From a virus (lineage: Duplodnaviria; Caudoviricetes), in the IMG/VR virus record IMGVR_UViG_3300032164_000019, positions 1 through 53,546 of that record: a stretch of 53,546 nucleotides of DNA, one strand, 5' to 3'. The position numbers were made by a program, and so were the translations under genes. The notes under the pieces are model-generated. The model was given only the letters and a program-made list of their open reading frames with translations, had not been told where the DNA came from and did no database searches. Shown in pieces: positions 50,820 through 53,546 of the stretch (its first letter is position 1; every line of letters begins with the position of its first letter).

Positions 50820-51155
50820 CTAGGATGTTCGCATTTTCTTAAATACGAAAGGATTAAACATTTGTAATATCTGTATTATACCCATTATTGCACCAAAACC
50901 CATGCCCATACCTCGTATAACAGATAATTCATTGGTTACTTTTTCCAATTTTTCTAACACCTTTTCATGAACAACCTTATTTTCAAGCAAAGCACTTTGT
51001 ATATAAGATACATCCAATTGTGTTTTAAATATGTCCGATTGTGTGGAGCGACTAGGAATATCTTGAGCAACCGTTATTCCTAACATTGATCCAAAAAAGA
51101 TTAAGTTGAGTGATAATAATATAATTCTAAAAAAATTCATACCTGGAATATGCAT
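50820..51155 (-). CDS. membrane protein with two hydrophobic segments
   Basis: N- and C-terminal hydrophobic helices around a coiled coil. Confidence 0.6.
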   Translation of the reverse strand: MHIPGMNFFRIILLSLNLIFFGSMLGITVAQDIPSRSTQSDIFKTQLDVSYIQSALLENKVVHEKVLEKLEKVTNELSVIRGMGMGFGAIMGIIQILQMFNPFVFKKMRTS

Positions 51156-51664
51156 TAGTTTTTACCTGGTAACTTTCTTCGTTGTATTTTATCGATCACC
51201 AATATTTTCTTTTTTCTCTTTTTATTAACACCAGGTTCACCTTGTAAACCTATACCTACTCCAGCTATATTACCTCCACCTACAGCATTAGCCGGCGCTT
51301 CTTCTTTTAAAGGCATAAATGTTTTTACAGCACTATGGAAATGTAATGTACCCCGCCCGGCGGCAACTCTACTACCACTTTTACTATTTAAGAAATAGTC
51401 ATCATTATTACCAAAAAATTCCGCCTGCCACCCAGATGGATGCACTACAGTATGTTTTTCTGTTTCGTGAGGTTTAAACCCAAGAAAATGTGCAACCGCT
51501 TTCATATTTTTATGTGGATCATTTTTAAATATTTTTGGTCGTTTTTTATCTACCAATTCTTTTAATTTAGTTCTAGCAACGTTTCCTTCCTCAGGTGTAC
51601 CTGGCCTGGAAGCTAAATTGGCGAGTTTTTCTTCTCTGGATCTATCATCAACTTCAATTATCAT
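51155..51664 (-). CDS. hypothetical protein with EEAPANAVGGGNIAG...GEPG motif
   Basis: Motif familiar from T4-like genes upstream of primase. Confidence 0.65.
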   Translation of the reverse strand: MIIEVDDRSREEKLANLASRPGTPEEGNVARTKLKELVDKKRPKIFKNDPHKNMKAVAHFLGFKPHETEKHTVVHPSGWQAEFFGNNDDYFLNSKSGSRVAAGRGTLHFHSAVKTFMPLKEEAPANAVGGGNIAGVGIGLQGEPGVNKKRKKKILVIDKIQRRKLPGKN

Positions 51665-52062
51665 ATTTTCCCCAATTCATCTAAGATACACACATCTATA
51701 GTTATACTCGCTTCGGATATATCTTTTCCATCAATGCCTCTAACTATATCTGGTAAATAATTTAAAAACACCAAAAACGTTTTTAATATAAACCACAACT
51801 CAGGTTCTATTTTTAAAAATAATATCCTAGTAGCCGCTTCAACCCCAAATACATTATATAAAACAATTAGGTGATTTAATACCAACCTAATTTTTAAAAT
51901 ATCAACATCCTTATTCGTATTGTATCGCTTAAATAACCTCTTTAAATACTTAATATGGTTTAAATCTTGTAAAAATTCATCAACACAAACGCATTGCGGA
52001 TTATCATAATATTTTAAGGCATACATCAAATAATTGGAATTATTTAAATCATCAAATGACAT
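51661..52062 (-). CDS. T4-like conserved hypothetical protein
   Basis: YA.K.YDNPQC...EF..DL..IKYLKRLF.RY...LNHLIVLYNVFG. Confidence 0.8.
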   Translation of the reverse strand: MSFDDLNNSNYLMYALKYYDNPQCVCVDEFLQDLNHIKYLKRLFKRYNTNKDVDILKIRLVLNHLIVLYNVFGVEAATRILFLKIEPELWFILKTFLVFLNYLPDIVRGIDGKDISEASITIDVCILDELGKI

Positions 52063-52787
52063 TATTTTTTATGGATTCTTCTTAACAACTTATGTAAATT
52101 ATGCGACCCATTAGCTTTCATTAATTGCTTACCAGACGGATCTAAAGCTGTAAATGATAAACCTCTTTGCGCGTGCTGGTGAATATGAATTTTATGTCCC
52201 TGTGAATGTGTGTAAACTTGTGTTCCATCTGGTAAAGTATGTTTTAGCGCATACCCATGTCCGGATAATGTCCTATGATGACCTATAGTTTTCTTACTAT
52301 TCCAAGTTTCATCTAAAATACGCGATCCGGAGATATCGCTTTTATCTTCTCCGGATCGCTCATTAAAATTTACTTCGGGTACCACAGACCCGAGAATCTG
52401 AACATTTAAAGTGTACCATCCCTTTGTAAGAACCCAATGCACATCTAAATTAAAACTCGTAGGATGCCCAAACTGTTTTAAGGGTTTCAGATCATTACCA
52501 TACGCTCCAGTAAATACAGGAGCGTCAAAATCGACACTAGCGGTAGCAAGCTTTTGTTTAATAATCCCCATTACAGTATGGGGATTCATATAAGGTCTTG
52601 TTACAACGGATGATAACCAAGCGTTTACTCTTTCCAACATTTCATTATCTTTAGTTAACTGGAAAGGAGCTTTAATATCATCGTCGGCGGCGGGGATCCC
52701 ATCCAAGGGTCCAACTTTTGCAATGATGGACCCTTGTGCTGGGTAATCCGAATCTTCAACAAATTGTTTGAATGCTTTATCAATCAT
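52062..52787 (-). CDS. hypothetical protein, possible internal head protein
   Basis: MIDKAFKQFVE N-terminus; His-rich C-terminal domain; GAGG RBS. Confidence 0.65.
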   Translation of the reverse strand: MIDKAFKQFVEDSDYPAQGSIIAKVGPLDGIPAADDDIKAPFQLTKDNEMLERVNAWLSSVVTRPYMNPHTVMGIIKQKLATASVDFDAPVFTGAYGNDLKPLKQFGHPTSFNLDVHWVLTKGWYTLNVQILGSVVPEVNFNERSGEDKSDISGSRILDETWNSKKTIGHHRTLSGHGYALKHTLPDGTQVYTHSQGHKIHIHQHAQRGLSFTALDPSGKQLMKANGSHNLHKLLRRIHKK

Positions 52788-52797
52788 ACATAACCTC

Positions 52798-53546
52798 TTA
52801 GTTTACTGCCCATCCACTAACATCTGTTGGAGTAAACGATAACGGACTAAAGTTTACTGTTCCGGAATCTTTAATAGTATCAGCACCTGTAGGTAATATA
52901 ACAGGAGTATCAATATGGAACTGTCCGGCGGTAGCAACATCACCAACAACAACAGTATATAAGAACTTCATACTGGTAGATGTTGACACTCCGGCATTAT
53001 ATGTGGCAGTTTTTATACTACTATTAAAATTCAACTCTAATGTTGGATTTCCGACAACTACAACAGGTTTGGTTGTGGCTACACTGATGGTTAATACATC
53101 ATCAGTTACCGGTTGCGTAGCATGAGCACTTGAGGCAATTGTTACAGCACCAAATGCACCAACATCATTTACGGCCCATGCTGTAGTAGTAGGCGGAGTA
53201 AATGTTAACGGACTAAAGTTTACTGTTCCGGAATCTTTAATAGTACCTCCGGCAAGATCAACAGGACTACCAACAACGAATTGGGTAGCTGTTGCTACAT
53301 CACCAGCAACAACAGTATATAAGAACTTCATACTGGTAGATGTTGACAATCCGGCATTATATGTGGCAGTTCTTCCGGTTACGTTGAAGGTTAACGGTAA
53401 TGTTGGATTTCCGGTAACAACAACAGGTTTGGTTGTGGCTACACTGATGGTTAATACATCATCAGTTACCGGTTGCGTAGCATGAGCACTTGAGGCAATT
53501 GTTACAGCACCAAATGCACCAACATCATTTACGGCCCATGCTGTAG
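52798..53546 (-). CDS. Thr/Val-rich tandem beta-domain (Ig-like) virion surface protein, partial
   Basis: Frame is open to the window end; about 120-aa repeats with V.G.PTL.L...A.Y..G...F.YTV..GD. Confidence 0.75.
   Translation of the reverse strand, partial: TAWAVNDVGAFGAVTIASSAHATQPVTDDVLTISVATTKPVVVTGNPTLPLTFNVTGRTATYNAGLSTSTSMKFLYTVVAGDVATATQFVVGSPVDLAGGTIKDSGTVNFSPLTFTPPTTTAWAVNDVGAFGAVTIASSAHATQPVTDDVLTISVATTKPVVVVGNPTLELNFNSSIKTATYNAGVSTSTSMKFLYTVVVGDVATAGQFHIDTPVILPTGADTIKDSGTVNFSPLSFTPTDVSGWAVN
52841..53546. repeat. about 360-bp near-identical tandem repeat
   Basis: 53101-53186 is identical to 53461-53546; blocks near 52841/53207 and 52947/53307 also match. Confidence 0.9.

Overview
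AT-rich segment of a large T4-like (Tevenvirinae/Kyanoviridae-type) myophage genome. 1-27.8 kb is a virion module: collagen-like fibres, a VrlC/DUF4815-like protein, a free-standing GIY-YIG endonuclease, baseplate gp8/7/6/25/5/hub/53/48, then gp4, gp2, gp54-like, gp26, gp51 and a gp29-like protein with a muramidase domain. 27.8-53.5 kb carries replication, nucleotide-metabolism and accessory genes: gp32, gp59, gp33, RNase H, PseT, RNA ligase 1, a glycosyltransferase, RuvC-like resolvase, NrdJ, ThyX and primase. The main signals are not in the ORF track. (1) A circularly permuted, two-piece tmRNA gene with its own sigma70 promoter, a 165-nt structured intervening sequence and the tag AINTKPLVMAASA*. 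(2) A group IA intron splitting the CxxC zinc motif of gp32, with a PD-(D/E)XK endonuclease read through the ribozyme core. (3) Two tRNAs with compensatory swaps at near-invariant tertiary pairs. (4) An RBS-sequestering hairpin next to a late promoter upstream of the resolvase. (5) A stranded gp8 C-terminus behind the GIY-YIG gene. (6) A GC-rich cassette array with a 75-bp direct repeat. (7) Widespread leaderless promoter-ATG spacing. All protein calls come from motif recognition and synteny; no database searches were run.
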